From IMG/VR virus record IMGVR_UViG_3300047476_000704, positions 64,001-128,000 of that record: a stretch of DNA of 64,000 nt. The stretch is one strand, 5' to 3'. The notes under the pieces were generated by a model. The model ran no database searches. It worked only from the letters and a program-made list of their open reading frames with translations, and was not told the origin of the DNA. Numbering within the stretch: position 1 is the stretch's first letter; every line of letters begins with the position of its first letter. Positions 1 through 9,645 of the stretch are shown one piece after another. The stretch comes from a virus. A program made the position numbers and the translations under genes.

Positions 1-609
1 TAATGTAATCTTTTGTCTACCAATCACATTTGTGATTTTACGCATTGCCTTTGAAATGATGATTGCTTTATCAGTTGCGTAACCATCTTTATCGTAATCA
101 GCTTCTAGCTCTCTTTTTGTAGATGCTGCTGCAACTGAATCCACTACGATAGTTACTAACTTATCCTTATCACCTTTTCGTACTTGCTCAATGATTGTAT
201 CAATTGTTTCAAATATATCCTCAACGGTATCAGCCGTAATATATAATAGTTTGGATACATCTACACCAATTGCATCAAAGAACTCTCTACTTACAGCAGT
301 TTCAGTATCAATCAATACTGCAACACCACCTTGCTTTTGCGTTTCTGCTAGCACGTGTGCTGATAATAATGATTTACCACTCTGCTCTAAACCAGTGATT
401 TCCGTAATTCTACCAACCGGAAAACCTCCGAATGGTCTATTGGAAACCGCCACATCCAACATTGTTGCCCCAGAAGAGACCCACCCACTTATATTAGTGG
501 GTGCGTCCTCCGAGTCATCATCTAAAAAGAACGCAACCTTTTGGTCTTTGTATTTCTTGTTTAGATTATCGGCAATTTGTTGTGCTAAATCCGCTTGAAC
601 TTTTGCCAT
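1..609 (-). CDS. recA: RecA/UvsX-like recombinase (3' end runs off window)
   Basis: Not in the ORF track. My translation from ATG at 609 gives MAKVQADLAQQ...GRITEITGLEQSGKS (Walker A)...AVLIDTE...IVVDSVAA (Walker B); open to position 1; AAGGAG 5 nt upstream. Confidence 0.93.
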   Translation of the reverse strand, partial: MAKVQADLAQQIADNLNKKYKDQKVAFFLDDDSEDAPTNISGWVSSGATMLDVAVSNRPFGGFPVGRITEITGLEQSGKSLLSAHVLAETQKQGGVAVLIDTETAVSREFFDAIGVDVSKLLYITADTVEDIFETIDTIIEQVRKGDKDKLVTIVVDSVAAASTKRELEADYDKDGYATDKAIIISKAMRKITNVIGRQKITL

Positions 610-626
610 TGTAACTCCTTTTTATT

Positions 627-1487
627 TTATGAATTGAATAAATCTTCAAATGCCGATGCAACATCAACCTTTGTAGAAGCAGGTTTTTCATCTTCTGCAT
701 CCCAAGGTAGGGTTGTAACTGGCTCTGCTGATTTAGGTACTGCAACAGGTTGCGGTGCTACTTGCTCCTGAACCGATTGTGGTTTAGGTGATAAAGTTTC
801 AGATGAAACAGATGGAGCAGGTGCATCCTCATCATCATGCGATGCAGTTGGGTTTAACCAATTTTCCAAAACACCCTTTAATTCAGCGTAAGATAACTCA
901 CTATAAATGTCAGTAATTTCTGTCTGCTCATTTAATAATTTGTTTTCTAACTCTGCGTTATCAGTTAATTTTGTAATGTTTGGTTTTACTCTGATACGAG
1001 TATCTGGATATGTTTTACCAGCCTCTTCTACGATTTCAATTACCACATCACGACCTTCTGTTGGGTCAGTAATATCACCATAATCAGGGTCTGCAATGAT
1101 TGCAAGAATCTCTTGATATACAGTTTTACCAAATCCCCAAAACTTAACACCTTCGTTTTCTTGTCCACGGATAACCACAGGCGCAAATGTACGCAATTTC
1201 GGCTCCATCTTCTTACCTGCTTTCCAATTTTCAGTATCACCCAATCGTTTTAACTTTTCGGCAAACTCTAAAATCGGGTCAGGACGCTGGAACGATGCTG
1301 GTGATAAATAAGTTTTGTTGTTGATATTGTAATGAAATAAAAGTTCAATGAATGGATTTTCTTTGTTGAACTTATAAGGAACTATGCGTAATACATATTT
1401 TCCTGGTTTTGGTTTCCATAAAGCATCTGTCTTTTTGGAAGTGTTTTGCAACGAATTGAGACGTTGCTTGATTGCATTAATGTTCAT
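627..1487 (-). CDS. Single-stranded DNA-binding protein, T4 gp32-like
   Basis: WKP...LRIVP...FIELLFHY, FWGFGKTVY, YGDITDPTEGRD motifs; acidic tail ending FEDLFNS; next to recA. Confidence 0.85.
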   Translation of the reverse strand: MNINAIKQRLNSLQNTSKKTDALWKPKPGKYVLRIVPYKFNKENPFIELLFHYNINNKTYLSPASFQRPDPILEFAEKLKRLGDTENWKAGKKMEPKLRTFAPVVIRGQENEGVKFWGFGKTVYQEILAIIADPDYGDITDPTEGRDVVIEIVEEAGKTYPDTRIRVKPNITKLTDNAELENKLLNEQTEITDIYSELSYAELKGVLENWLNPTASHDDEDAPAPSVSSETLSPKPQSVQEQVAPQPVAVPKSAEPVTTLPWDAEDEKPASTKVDVASAFEDLFNS

Positions 1488-1555
1488 AATGTACGCTTTT
1501 TGTTTTTAAGTTTTATTTAATTAGATTTTAAGATTATCGCGATAAATCTTTCAGG

Positions 1556-1564
1556 TATAAATAT
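1556..1564 (-). promoter_or_regulatory. ATATTTATA motif (putative late promoter) upstream of SSB
   Basis: Exact copy of the recurrent intergenic 9-mer. Confidence 0.5.
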
Positions 1565-1585
1565 CGGATTCCTAAAATGTTGAAA

Positions 1586-1617
1586 CAAAGATACGAAGAT
1601 TATTTCGTATCTCCAAA
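1586..1617 (-). promoter_or_regulatory. Bacteroidota sigma70-type promoter for SSB
   Basis: TTTG-20 nt-TATCTTTG; contains the 9-bp inverted repeat AGATACGAA/TTCGTATCT (1589-1612). Confidence 0.75.
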
Positions 1618-3153
1618 TTATTTGAGGATAATTTCATAATTTTTTATTTTATCAATAACCTGTTGATGTGAAATTGCAATTGATTCGGCATAGTCTATAT
1701 TTTTTTCATATTGCATAAACCATTCAGCTAATTTATTATCCAAATCATATTCTAAATTTTCGTAATTATATACTGATTCGTCAATTACACCATTACCATA
1801 TGCAACTAAAAACCAATTATATTCTTCAAATTGCGTAAATAAATTATCCGTATCAATATTAGTTGGAGTCCTTCTTTTCCAACTATTCAATCGTTTTTTC
1901 ATTTTTGCACTTAATGAAGTTGTACGATTGTAATCTTTCCAGAAACTCGTATCATTTCTATCGGTGTTATAATGAAATTGTAAAAAATCAGTTATACAAT
2001 CGGATGTATCTGCTATTAATTTATTATAATCTAAAATTTCTTCTTCATTTATATTATGAATAGAATCGGAAGTTAGGTTTCTCAATTGTGTTATTATTAG
2101 CCAAATAGATGTTGCTTCAATCGGCTCCGTAAACATTGAACTTAAACCAACTGCTACACAATTTTTTACCCAAGGTGTAACATATCTACCAGCATCAAAT
2201 GGAATAACTTTGTTAATTTTTATTATTTGGCCAACCATTTCCTCAGCCTCTTTCTTTGCTTCCTCTACATTTATATATCTATCATCAAATACATAACCAC
2301 ATCCCCAACGATTTTGTAATGGTATTTGCCACATCCATCCATATTTCATAGCAATTGCTTTGGTATATGGTGGTAGGGTATCACTTTTTGGTAAAAAGAA
2401 TGGTATGGCTGTATTTACTTTTAGTTTATCCTGATATGATTTCCATTCTACACCAAAGTGCTTTCCAATAAATAATCTTGCAAATCCAGTACAATCAAAT
2501 ACAAAATCCGATTTTACTTCAACATCGCCACATTTAATAAACCCAAGTCCACCACTTTCATTTGAAATAATATCGGTTATTTTACCCTCAATCCGTTTTA
2601 TACCACGTTCTTCGGCTTTCATTCGTAAAAACTTTGCCAATAAACTTGCATCAAAATGATAACTATAATTTATAGTAGAACTTATATTACCATTTTCGTT
2701 TATAAATGATGATTTATTATTGTATGCTAATTTAGAAGCCAAATTAACATCACCAATCATTTCGCCATTTGCTATTGCATTTATATATGCATATTGCTTT
2801 CCATTATCGTTTAACCCAATTGTTAAATTATTATCTTTGGATGTAAATTTGTGAGGACTTAATTTTGATTCCGAAACTGAAAAATTATGTAAATATTTAT
2901 CACCCGTTCCTCTCCAATTTTCAAAACTAATTCCTATTTTGAAAGTTGCGTTGGTATATTGTATGAGTTCGTTTTCCTTAATTCCCAAACCACGCAGTAA
3001 CCAAGGTAATTGTGGAGTAGAACCTTCACCTGCTCCCAATATACCAACTTCTTCACTTTCTATAACTGTTATGGTATCTTTTGGACAAATGCGCTGTACA
3101 TATAATGCAGTCAACCATCCAGCAGTTCCACCCCCAGCTACAACTATATTCAT
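1618..3153 (-). CDS. Flavin-dependent (tryptophan-type) halogenase
   Basis: GGGTAGW FAD motif, GAGEGS, ATFKIGI (catalytic Lys region), WMWQIP (WxWxIP), FTEPIEATSI. Confidence 0.88.
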   Translation of the reverse strand: MNIVVAGGGTAGWLTALYVQRICPKDTITVIESEEVGILGAGEGSTPQLPWLLRGLGIKENELIQYTNATFKIGISFENWRGTGDKYLHNFSVSESKLSPHKFTSKDNNLTIGLNDNGKQYAYINAIANGEMIGDVNLASKLAYNNKSSFINENGNISSTINYSYHFDASLLAKFLRMKAEERGIKRIEGKITDIISNESGGLGFIKCGDVEVKSDFVFDCTGFARLFIGKHFGVEWKSYQDKLKVNTAIPFFLPKSDTLPPYTKAIAMKYGWMWQIPLQNRWGCGYVFDDRYINVEEAKKEAEEMVGQIIKINKVIPFDAGRYVTPWVKNCVAVGLSSMFTEPIEATSIWLIITQLRNLTSDSIHNINEEEILDYNKLIADTSDCITDFLQFHYNTDRNDTSFWKDYNRTTSLSAKMKKRLNSWKRRTPTNIDTDNLFTQFEEYNWFLVAYGNGVIDESVYNYENLEYDLDNKLAEWFMQYEKNIDYAESIAISHQQVIDKIKNYEIILK

Positions 3154-3512
3154 TATTTACCCCACTTTTTGTTTTGAACAATTTGTGCGATGATTCCATA
3201 CACCGATAAATCTTGGTATGTATCTGTTAAGGATTCACCAACATTATCTTGTGCACCAATAATAATCATTTGTTTTAACCGATTGATTTTATCGTTGATA
3301 CGAAACCATAATCCCGTAAGAGATAGTTTAATATCACCATCACTTCTACATTCAGTTCCTACTGAAATGTTACCCGGTCCGTAATTTGATTGTTTTTTGC
3401 AGAATAGTTCATATTGTTCTACCATAATGCGTTTGTATTCCGCAGTAGTTTCAGGGTATTCTTTTTCCGCTTGAGCCACAATTTGTGGGTCTTTGTAATC
3501 GTTCTGTAACAT
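3153..3512 (-). CDS. Nucleotide-modification-associated domain 1 (DUF1599/Nmad1-like) protein
   Basis: KKQSNYG...RINDKINRL...ESLTDTYQDLSVYGII, a MazG-like helical pattern. Confidence 0.75.
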   Translation of the reverse strand: MLQNDYKDPQIVAQAEKEYPETTAEYKRIMVEQYELFCKKQSNYGPGNISVGTECRSDGDIKLSLTGLWFRINDKINRLKQMIIIGAQDNVGESLTDTYQDLSVYGIIAQIVQNKKWGK

Positions 3513-3524
3513 ATTTATTTGGTT

Positions 3525-3938
3525 TTAATTTATTTGTACTCCTTCAATCTCAATCACATCAAATACTCTTGTTGTTATCTTTCTAACTCCTTCTGCATTT
3601 GTAAGTAATATACAATTTCTATACTCTTCCCAATCTACCTCATACTTATCATCTAACATACCACCCGTTTTTTCCATTACTAATTGGTTTAGAGCGTTGA
3701 TTGTATATAAGGTATTTGTTTGTTTTTTTCTATGAACTAAAATAGTTTTTAACTCGCTTTCTGGATGCTGTCCTTCCACAACCACATTATAAGTTACAAA
3801 CAAATCGTTAGGGACGTTTTTGTTCTGCAATACATAAATGTAATTATATGCTAATTTATAACTTTTTTTTATAAAATCCAAATTATTCTCAATATCTTTT
3901 TTTGTTGAGAATGTACATAGTAACTGCGTCTTTATCAT
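3525..3938 (-). CDS. Hypothetical protein
   Basis: Intact 137-aa ORF in the operon; no family recognised. Confidence 0.75.
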   Translation of the reverse strand: MIKTQLLCTFSTKKDIENNLDFIKKSYKLAYNYIYVLQNKNVPNDLFVTYNVVVEGQHPESELKTILVHRKKQTNTLYTINALNQLVMEKTGGMLDDKYEVDWEEYRNCILLTNAEGVRKITTRVFDVIEIEGVQIN

Positions 3939-3978
3939 ATCTTCATTTTATACTCCTTATAAGTATAATAAAAACGGA

Positions 3979-5571
3979 TTATTTAGTTATATGTCTAAAC
4001 AATAATTTAAGACTTCCAGCATCTTCAGTTTTCATATCTATTTGTAAATATGAATCACCCTTACCACCCATATTAATTACCAATTTAACACCATCAAATT
4101 TAACACTAAAAGGCGGCTTTGGTTCACAATAGTAGTTAGGTGCTTTTATTTGTACATCGCCTGTATTTTTGTTTATAATTTGCGTATAAACATCTTTACC
4201 ACAACCATGTACATCTTTCCACATTTTAACTAATTGTTTTTGTCCTTCTGGACTATTAGCCAATTCTTGCATTTTTTGAGAGAATTGTTGTAAATATTCT
4301 TGCTTTAGTCCTTTCTTTTTAGCTGCCTTTTCCTCATCACTCATAGTATTATCCCAACGATATTTCTTTTTAAGAGCGTCAACTGATGCATCAATTGATT
4401 TTCCAATATCGCCTAAATAAGTAGCTCCAGCACTACCAACCCCAGCATTTTTCATTGTAATATTTTTAGGGTCTGTATATGTTTTTGCTGATACTTTTAT
4501 AATACCCTCTTTACCATTTTCGTCTGTATAGTACAATATTAAATCGGTAGGGTCTACTTTTGGGTCTATACCCAAAGCTTTTAATGCGTTTTTACCAATA
4601 CCACCAACTTGTTGTGCTCCAGTTATTTTAGAACCTTTTGGTAATAATGCTTTTATAGCATCTGCTGCTTTTTTATTTATTTTATCAAATTTAGCTTCAT
4701 CTCCACCTAAACTTTTGAATGTATCTTGTGTTGATTTATATAAATCTAAATTTTCTTTTGTTGGTGATAAGTATGCAACTACACCGGCTTCATTATGTTT
4801 ACCACTCATATCAGCTAACGCTCTATCAGCCGCACCACCTCGCATCGGAACTTCAATACCCTCTTCTTGTATAATTTTGTTCATATCAATTGTAATAGCG
4901 TTACCATCACCAGAAAGGTGTTTATAAGGTAATGCTGTATTAGCAGATAGATAGATTTTTTTACCACCAGCATGCGCTTCTATTAGATTATTACTAGCTA
5001 ATTCTCTAACAGCTGCTACACGCTCTTCACGAGTAGTTGCATTTATGAATTTATTCCAATTGGTTTTTAATATATCAGTTCTTTTTTTAGTATCAGTATC
5101 TGCATTTTCTACAAATTTATCAATTTCATTAATTTTTTGTTCTGTTGCTTTTACAGTTGCAGGTTTATATTGAGATAAACTTTGTGTTGATTTTTTTTCA
5201 GGTTTATCAGATTTTGTTTTTGGTTTTTCTACTTTTGGTTTTTCTACTTTTGGTTTATCACCTTTTTCTTTTGTTTGGTGCTTTTCTATCTCTCCCGATG
5301 TAGCAGCAGTGTGAATTGAATTATCAAAGTTTCCTTTTTGAACTTGATAAATATTTCCACTATCTTTCTTTTTTACCCAAATTTTACCAGCATCATCTGC
5401 CTCACATAATGATTGTATTACTATATCAGAATATGGTGCTAATTTACTTTCCTTTACAATATCATTAAATATTGCAAAATGGTATGCATCTTTAAGATTT
5501 ACTATACCTACCCTATAAGAAAGTTCTTCTAAAACTTCTTCATAAATCTCATCTAAATTATCTAAAATCAT
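3979..5571 (-). CDS. Hypothetical protein, possible C-terminal PD-(D/E)xK nuclease-like domain
   Basis: ATG at 5571 preferred over GTG at 5580; Lys-rich linker; DPTDLILYY...KVSAK resembles D...SxK. Confidence 0.55.
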   Translation of the reverse strand: MILDNLDEIYEEVLEELSYRVGIVNLKDAYHFAIFNDIVKESKLAPYSDIVIQSLCEADDAGKIWVKKKDSGNIYQVQKGNFDNSIHTAATSGEIEKHQTKEKGDKPKVEKPKVEKPKTKSDKPEKKSTQSLSQYKPATVKATEQKINEIDKFVENADTDTKKRTDILKTNWNKFINATTREERVAAVRELASNNLIEAHAGGKKIYLSANTALPYKHLSGDGNAITIDMNKIIQEEGIEVPMRGGAADRALADMSGKHNEAGVVAYLSPTKENLDLYKSTQDTFKSLGGDEAKFDKINKKAADAIKALLPKGSKITGAQQVGGIGKNALKALGIDPKVDPTDLILYYTDENGKEGIIKVSAKTYTDPKNITMKNAGVGSAGATYLGDIGKSIDASVDALKKKYRWDNTMSDEEKAAKKKGLKQEYLQQFSQKMQELANSPEGQKQLVKMWKDVHGCGKDVYTQIINKNTGDVQIKAPNYYCEPKPPFSVKFDGVKLVINMGGKGDSYLQIDMKTEDAGSLKLLFRHITK

Positions 5572-6901
5572 AATTTTCACCTGTTACTATTGTTGCTGGA
5601 AATTCCTTTGAATCTATTATTTTTTCGTATATCTCTTCATATAAATATGTGATTTCGTAATTAGGAACATCAAATACGAATGCATCATAGTTATACATTA
5701 TTAGTTTCCCCAAGCCTTTATACTTTTCTTTTATTTGTTTTAAAATTTGGATGTTTCGTTCTGTTTCGTATGCTTGTATTACATAGTTTAATACTTTTGC
5801 TGGTGGTGGATTATCTTCACCAAACTTTTCTTTTGTGATTTGAATATTATAATGGGGTGTCATTACAAACCCATATCTATCCAAATCTGCTTTATATTTT
5901 AATGCTAATAAATTTACCTCATTAAAGAATGGTAACTCTTGCATTTCAGAACTTACACCACCATATATAGATTGGAATACTAATTGCTTTGCCGCATCCC
6001 TTGCTCCATCTAAATCAGCTACACCACATATAGCAGAAACCCAATCGTAGAAATCTAATTGAGAATTGAATTTACTCATCCATTCTTTAACTCCGATTTG
6101 ATTTTTAATCAATTCAATAAGTAAATGCGGGTGATATGCTGAATAATCTATACTTACCAACTTACCATCTTTGAATCTACTAACGAATGCTTTACGCATA
6201 TCACTCTTTTTTGGTATAGCCGAGTAGTTTACCCCACCATGTCTATTTGATGGACGTAGAGTGGAAGTAAATAGGTTATATTCGGTAAATACTAATCCGT
6301 CTTTATTGATGTGTTTTGATGGTAATAAATCCCTCAACTTTTCATCTACAAATATGCCTGCCTTTTCTATCCATTGGAATACTTCGGTTATTTCTTTCAC
6401 AAACTTAAAAGTTGGGCCATTAAAACCATCTTTTAATTCGTATTGTAATATGTTTTTTATTATACCAACTTGCTTTGATAATGGGATACTATCGTTTAAG
6501 TTGTTTTGATATTGGTTAGGTGTGCTTCGTTTGTAGAATGATTGGATTTCTCTAAATGGTTCTTCTTCGTTTTTTACATTTGTAATGAATTTGTATAAAT
6601 CAATATCAATTGTTTGTTTAAATTCAATCAAATGCCCCACACTCTTACCATTTATAAGAGCTTTGGGTCTTTGTGATTCCTCTAATAGTTTTAATGCATC
6701 TTCTCTTAAACTCAACCCATCGGTATGGTTTATATTGATTACATAGAGTTTCTGCATACAACTAACCACAATAAATGATATACGATTGTTTAACGCATGC
6801 TTATCCGTATCCGAAAGTTGGATGTATATTCTACTTGGACGAGTATTAAACTCTAATAAAAAATCATTGAACGATTGAGAATCTTCTATGTATATAACCA
6901 T
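5558..6901 (-). CDS. Short family A DNA polymerase-like protein
   Basis: Motif A SIDYSAYHPHLL, motif B AKQLVFQSIYGG, NYVIQAYETE, motif C YNYDAFVFD; TSTLRPSN. Confidence 0.8.
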   Translation of the reverse strand: MVIYIEDSQSFNDFLLEFNTRPSRIYIQLSDTDKHALNNRISFIVVSCMQKLYVININHTDGLSLREDALKLLEESQRPKALINGKSVGHLIEFKQTIDIDLYKFITNVKNEEEPFREIQSFYKRSTPNQYQNNLNDSIPLSKQVGIIKNILQYELKDGFNGPTFKFVKEITEVFQWIEKAGIFVDEKLRDLLPSKHINKDGLVFTEYNLFTSTLRPSNRHGGVNYSAIPKKSDMRKAFVSRFKDGKLVSIDYSAYHPHLLIELIKNQIGVKEWMSKFNSQLDFYDWVSAICGVADLDGARDAAKQLVFQSIYGGVSSEMQELPFFNEVNLLALKYKADLDRYGFVMTPHYNIQITKEKFGEDNPPPAKVLNYVIQAYETERNIQILKQIKEKYKGLGKLIMYNYDAFVFDVPNYEITYLYEEIYEKIIDSKEFPATIVTGENYDFR

Positions 6902-6905
6902 TTTA

Positions 6906-6937
6906 CAAATATAAGAAAAAGATTTGGCTTATCCAAA
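6906..6937 (-). promoter_or_regulatory. Bacteroidota sigma70-type promoter for the PolA-like gene
   Basis: TTTG-20 nt-TATATTTG, ending 4 nt before the ATG. Confidence 0.75.
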
Positions 6938-7294
6938 TTATTCTTTATAAAATTTTGTAAGATTTTGTACATATGTATCTATATTACTTACAGTTTGTTG
7001 AGTATATTCTATTGAGCGTTGATTCATTTGCTCAACTTCAAATTTATTTGAACCAGTTATTTTCCAACGCATTTTTACTGCTATAAAAAATGGACTATCT
7101 AAAAATTTATCATACATTTCTTTATTTATTTCAGAAATAATACCAAATGGCTCGTTCCTTCTTCTTACGAAATACCGATAAATAAAACCAATTTTGTAAT
7201 CTTGCTCATTTGGTTGAGCTTCAAATGATGGAAATTTGGATTCCATTCGTTTCCAATTGGTATTTAATGAATTATATACATCTACACTAGTCAT
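6938..7294 (-). CDS. Hypothetical protein (end of baseplate operon)
   Basis: 118-aa ORF directly following the hub-like gene. Confidence 0.7.
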   Translation of the reverse strand: MTSVDVYNSLNTNWKRMESKFPSFEAQPNEQDYKIGFIYRYFVRRRNEPFGIISEINKEMYDKFLDSPFFIAVKMRWKITGSNKFEVEQMNQRSIEYTQQTVSNIDTYVQNLTKFYKE

Positions 7295-7298
7295 ATAT

Positions 7299-9350
7299 TT
7301 AGTTATTATCAGGTCTGTATCTAAATTTAATCGTTGTTTGCCAAGTATCTGTTACAGAATGTGTTACTTCTGTAACCTGAAATATTCCTCTTTTTTCAAA
7401 TGGTACTCTATTTACCTTTACTACTTTACCCATAGTAATTCCAGATATACCCAATACTGTCAATTCTAATTCTATTGGTAATAGGGGATTATTTTTATTT
7501 ACCGCATTATCACCAAAATACAAATTTTTACATAAAGCGGTATCTTTTATTATGGCATATGCATCAAGTGTATTATTATCAAATGAACCATAATCCAAGT
7601 ATTTAAATATAATACAATTATCATCAATCAATGCCGTTTCCGTTGAGGATGGTAATTTTATAACGGCACCATATCCTCTACCATACTCATCTCCAGTTGC
7701 AGCGGCAGCGGCAGCTCTTGCAGCAGCTTCTGCCGCTCTACGAGTTGCTCTTCGTTTTCTGGCCGCATCTTTTCTTTGTTCTACTTTTACAGCATCTCTA
7801 TATTTTTTTAAATCCAATATATCATATGCATCATCTTGGTATTCAAAAAATAAATTTTTACCAACTTCTCTACTTTTTTGATTCGATAACATTGCCATTG
7901 CAATAATTTCTTTTGGTAAATCTGCTGTAAAATTTATATTAGTTATTGTAGTTCTCGGTGAAAACAAATTTATTTCAGTAACTGCTTGTACTTCTCTAGG
8001 TACTAACGCATAATCAACTATTGTATAAATCATAACACCATTAACATTTCCTTGAACCTGCGGCGCTAAATCCATTAAACCGCATGCGGCTATGTTTATT
8101 TCATCACATAATTTTTGTACAAAATCATTTATTTTTCCAGCTTCTCCCATACTCTTTGCAACATCCAATACAAAATCAACTTTTAGAAATATATTTTTTA
8201 TATATCCCCACTTACCTGCTTCATATTCGTTTTGAGCACTATTATAAATGTTTGCACCTGCGCTTGATGTTTGTTCTGGAAATTGTTTTCCAGATTTTTG
8301 ACTAAAGTTTTGGGTTTCATCCACACTTAACGCCAAATTTGCACCATCTCCAGATTTTTCAATTAATGGTCTAGCCATTTTTGCGTTTGGAAATACTACA
8401 TTTTCAGAATTACTTAACATATTAGGATGTGCAGCCGCTATTGCGTTTCGTATATCCAATTTATAATCAACTTCGGTTGCACCATATTTTTTATTTATAG
8501 TATATTCTGTTATATATTCCATACTAACATATACATCTTCTGTATATCCATCATGTTCTTTTGTAACCCAATCCCATATATTTGTAAAAAGATGTGTAAA
8601 AAAACTTTGATTTGCATACTGATAGTTTATAACATGGTCAGCTAATTGTGGTTTTATGTTTAAAAATTCTTCATTTTCCAATTCTAATAATCTACACAAA
8701 CGATTATCCAATATTGAATCTTTATTTGATGAATTGGTAGTATCTTTGGTTTGTGAAGTAGTTCCCAAATATGCTGGTATTTCATTTTTTGTACCTATTA
8801 CAAATGTTGCATCTATACTTGCATCATTATTTATAGTGTAACTAAAATCAATAAGTGGTCCTACCATTACATCTTTACTACCATCTCCACAATACCTTTC
8901 CCATGCTGCTATATTATCAGCCAATGATTTTGCTAATGATGGAGATAGTCCTTGTGGTACTACAATATCATTACCAGTAGCTCTATTTTTAGTCCAACCC
9001 CATACAATACCCTTTGGTGTACCAATTCTAAAAAATTGAGTATATTTTTCCATTTGTATCATTGATGCAAACTTAATAGTAATATGACCCTCACGTAATA
9101 CACCCATACTACCACCAGGTTTTACTTCTAAACCAATAACTAATGGTGGAAATCTTTCTCCATCAAGTTTATTGGGGTCGTATATATAACTAGCATCTGC
9201 ACCAATTACGACTTCTTGTTTATTTTGATAGGATACAAATCTAATAAATGTTGTTGCACCTGAAAACTTTGATTGAAATGCAGCAGGTGTATTTGATATT
9301 GCATTAACTTTATCCAATGGTAGTGGTGCAAAAAATGGAAAATGATTCAT
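7299..9350 (-). CDS. Putative baseplate hub protein (gp27/VgrG-like)
   Basis: C-terminal LELTVLGISGITMG...FQVTEVTHSV..WQTTI beta pattern; position after TMP and LysM genes. Confidence 0.55.
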   Translation of the reverse strand: MNHFPFFAPLPLDKVNAISNTPAAFQSKFSGATTFIRFVSYQNKQEVVIGADASYIYDPNKLDGERFPPLVIGLEVKPGGSMGVLREGHITIKFASMIQMEKYTQFFRIGTPKGIVWGWTKNRATGNDIVVPQGLSPSLAKSLADNIAAWERYCGDGSKDVMVGPLIDFSYTINNDASIDATFVIGTKNEIPAYLGTTSQTKDTTNSSNKDSILDNRLCRLLELENEEFLNIKPQLADHVINYQYANQSFFTHLFTNIWDWVTKEHDGYTEDVYVSMEYITEYTINKKYGATEVDYKLDIRNAIAAAHPNMLSNSENVVFPNAKMARPLIEKSGDGANLALSVDETQNFSQKSGKQFPEQTSSAGANIYNSAQNEYEAGKWGYIKNIFLKVDFVLDVAKSMGEAGKINDFVQKLCDEINIAACGLMDLAPQVQGNVNGVMIYTIVDYALVPREVQAVTEINLFSPRTTITNINFTADLPKEIIAMAMLSNQKSREVGKNLFFEYQDDAYDILDLKKYRDAVKVEQRKDAARKRRATRRAAEAAARAAAAAATGDEYGRGYGAVIKLPSSTETALIDDNCIIFKYLDYGSFDNNTLDAYAIIKDTALCKNLYFGDNAVNKNNPLLPIELELTVLGISGITMGKVVKVNRVPFEKRGIFQVTEVTHSVTDTWQTTIKFRYRPDNN

Positions 9351-9355
9351 AACTA

Positions 9356-9634
9356 TTATATTTTATTTGTAATTTGTGTTGGGTCAATTGGTATTCTTAA
9401 TTGTAACCCTGGTTCTAATTTTAAATCAATATCTGTTAAATTATTATATACCGCAATTACCCACCATAATCCAGCATCTTTATAAAATATACCCGCCAAT
9501 ATATCCAATCTATCATCTTCTTGAGTCATTATTAAAATATCAGAATCGGATGCTTCGAAATATGGCATAAGGTTTGAATGATATATCAAACCTTTTGTTT
9601 TTTGTTGAATATTAATATTATCGTATCTTCCCAT
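9356..9634 (-). CDS. LysM-like/gp53-like baseplate wedge protein
   Basis: DDRLDILAGIFYKDAGLWWVIAVYNN...LEPGLQLRIP. Confidence 0.75.
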   Translation of the reverse strand: MGRYDNINIQQKTKGLIYHSNLMPYFEASDSDILIMTQEDDRLDILAGIFYKDAGLWWVIAVYNNLTDIDLKLEPGLQLRIPIDPTQITNKI

Positions 9635-9645
9635 ATTATTTTATT

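Noticed and set aside
191-598. 135-aa + strand ORF
   Set aside because: Antisense shadow of the real recA gene, which the track missed because it runs off the window.
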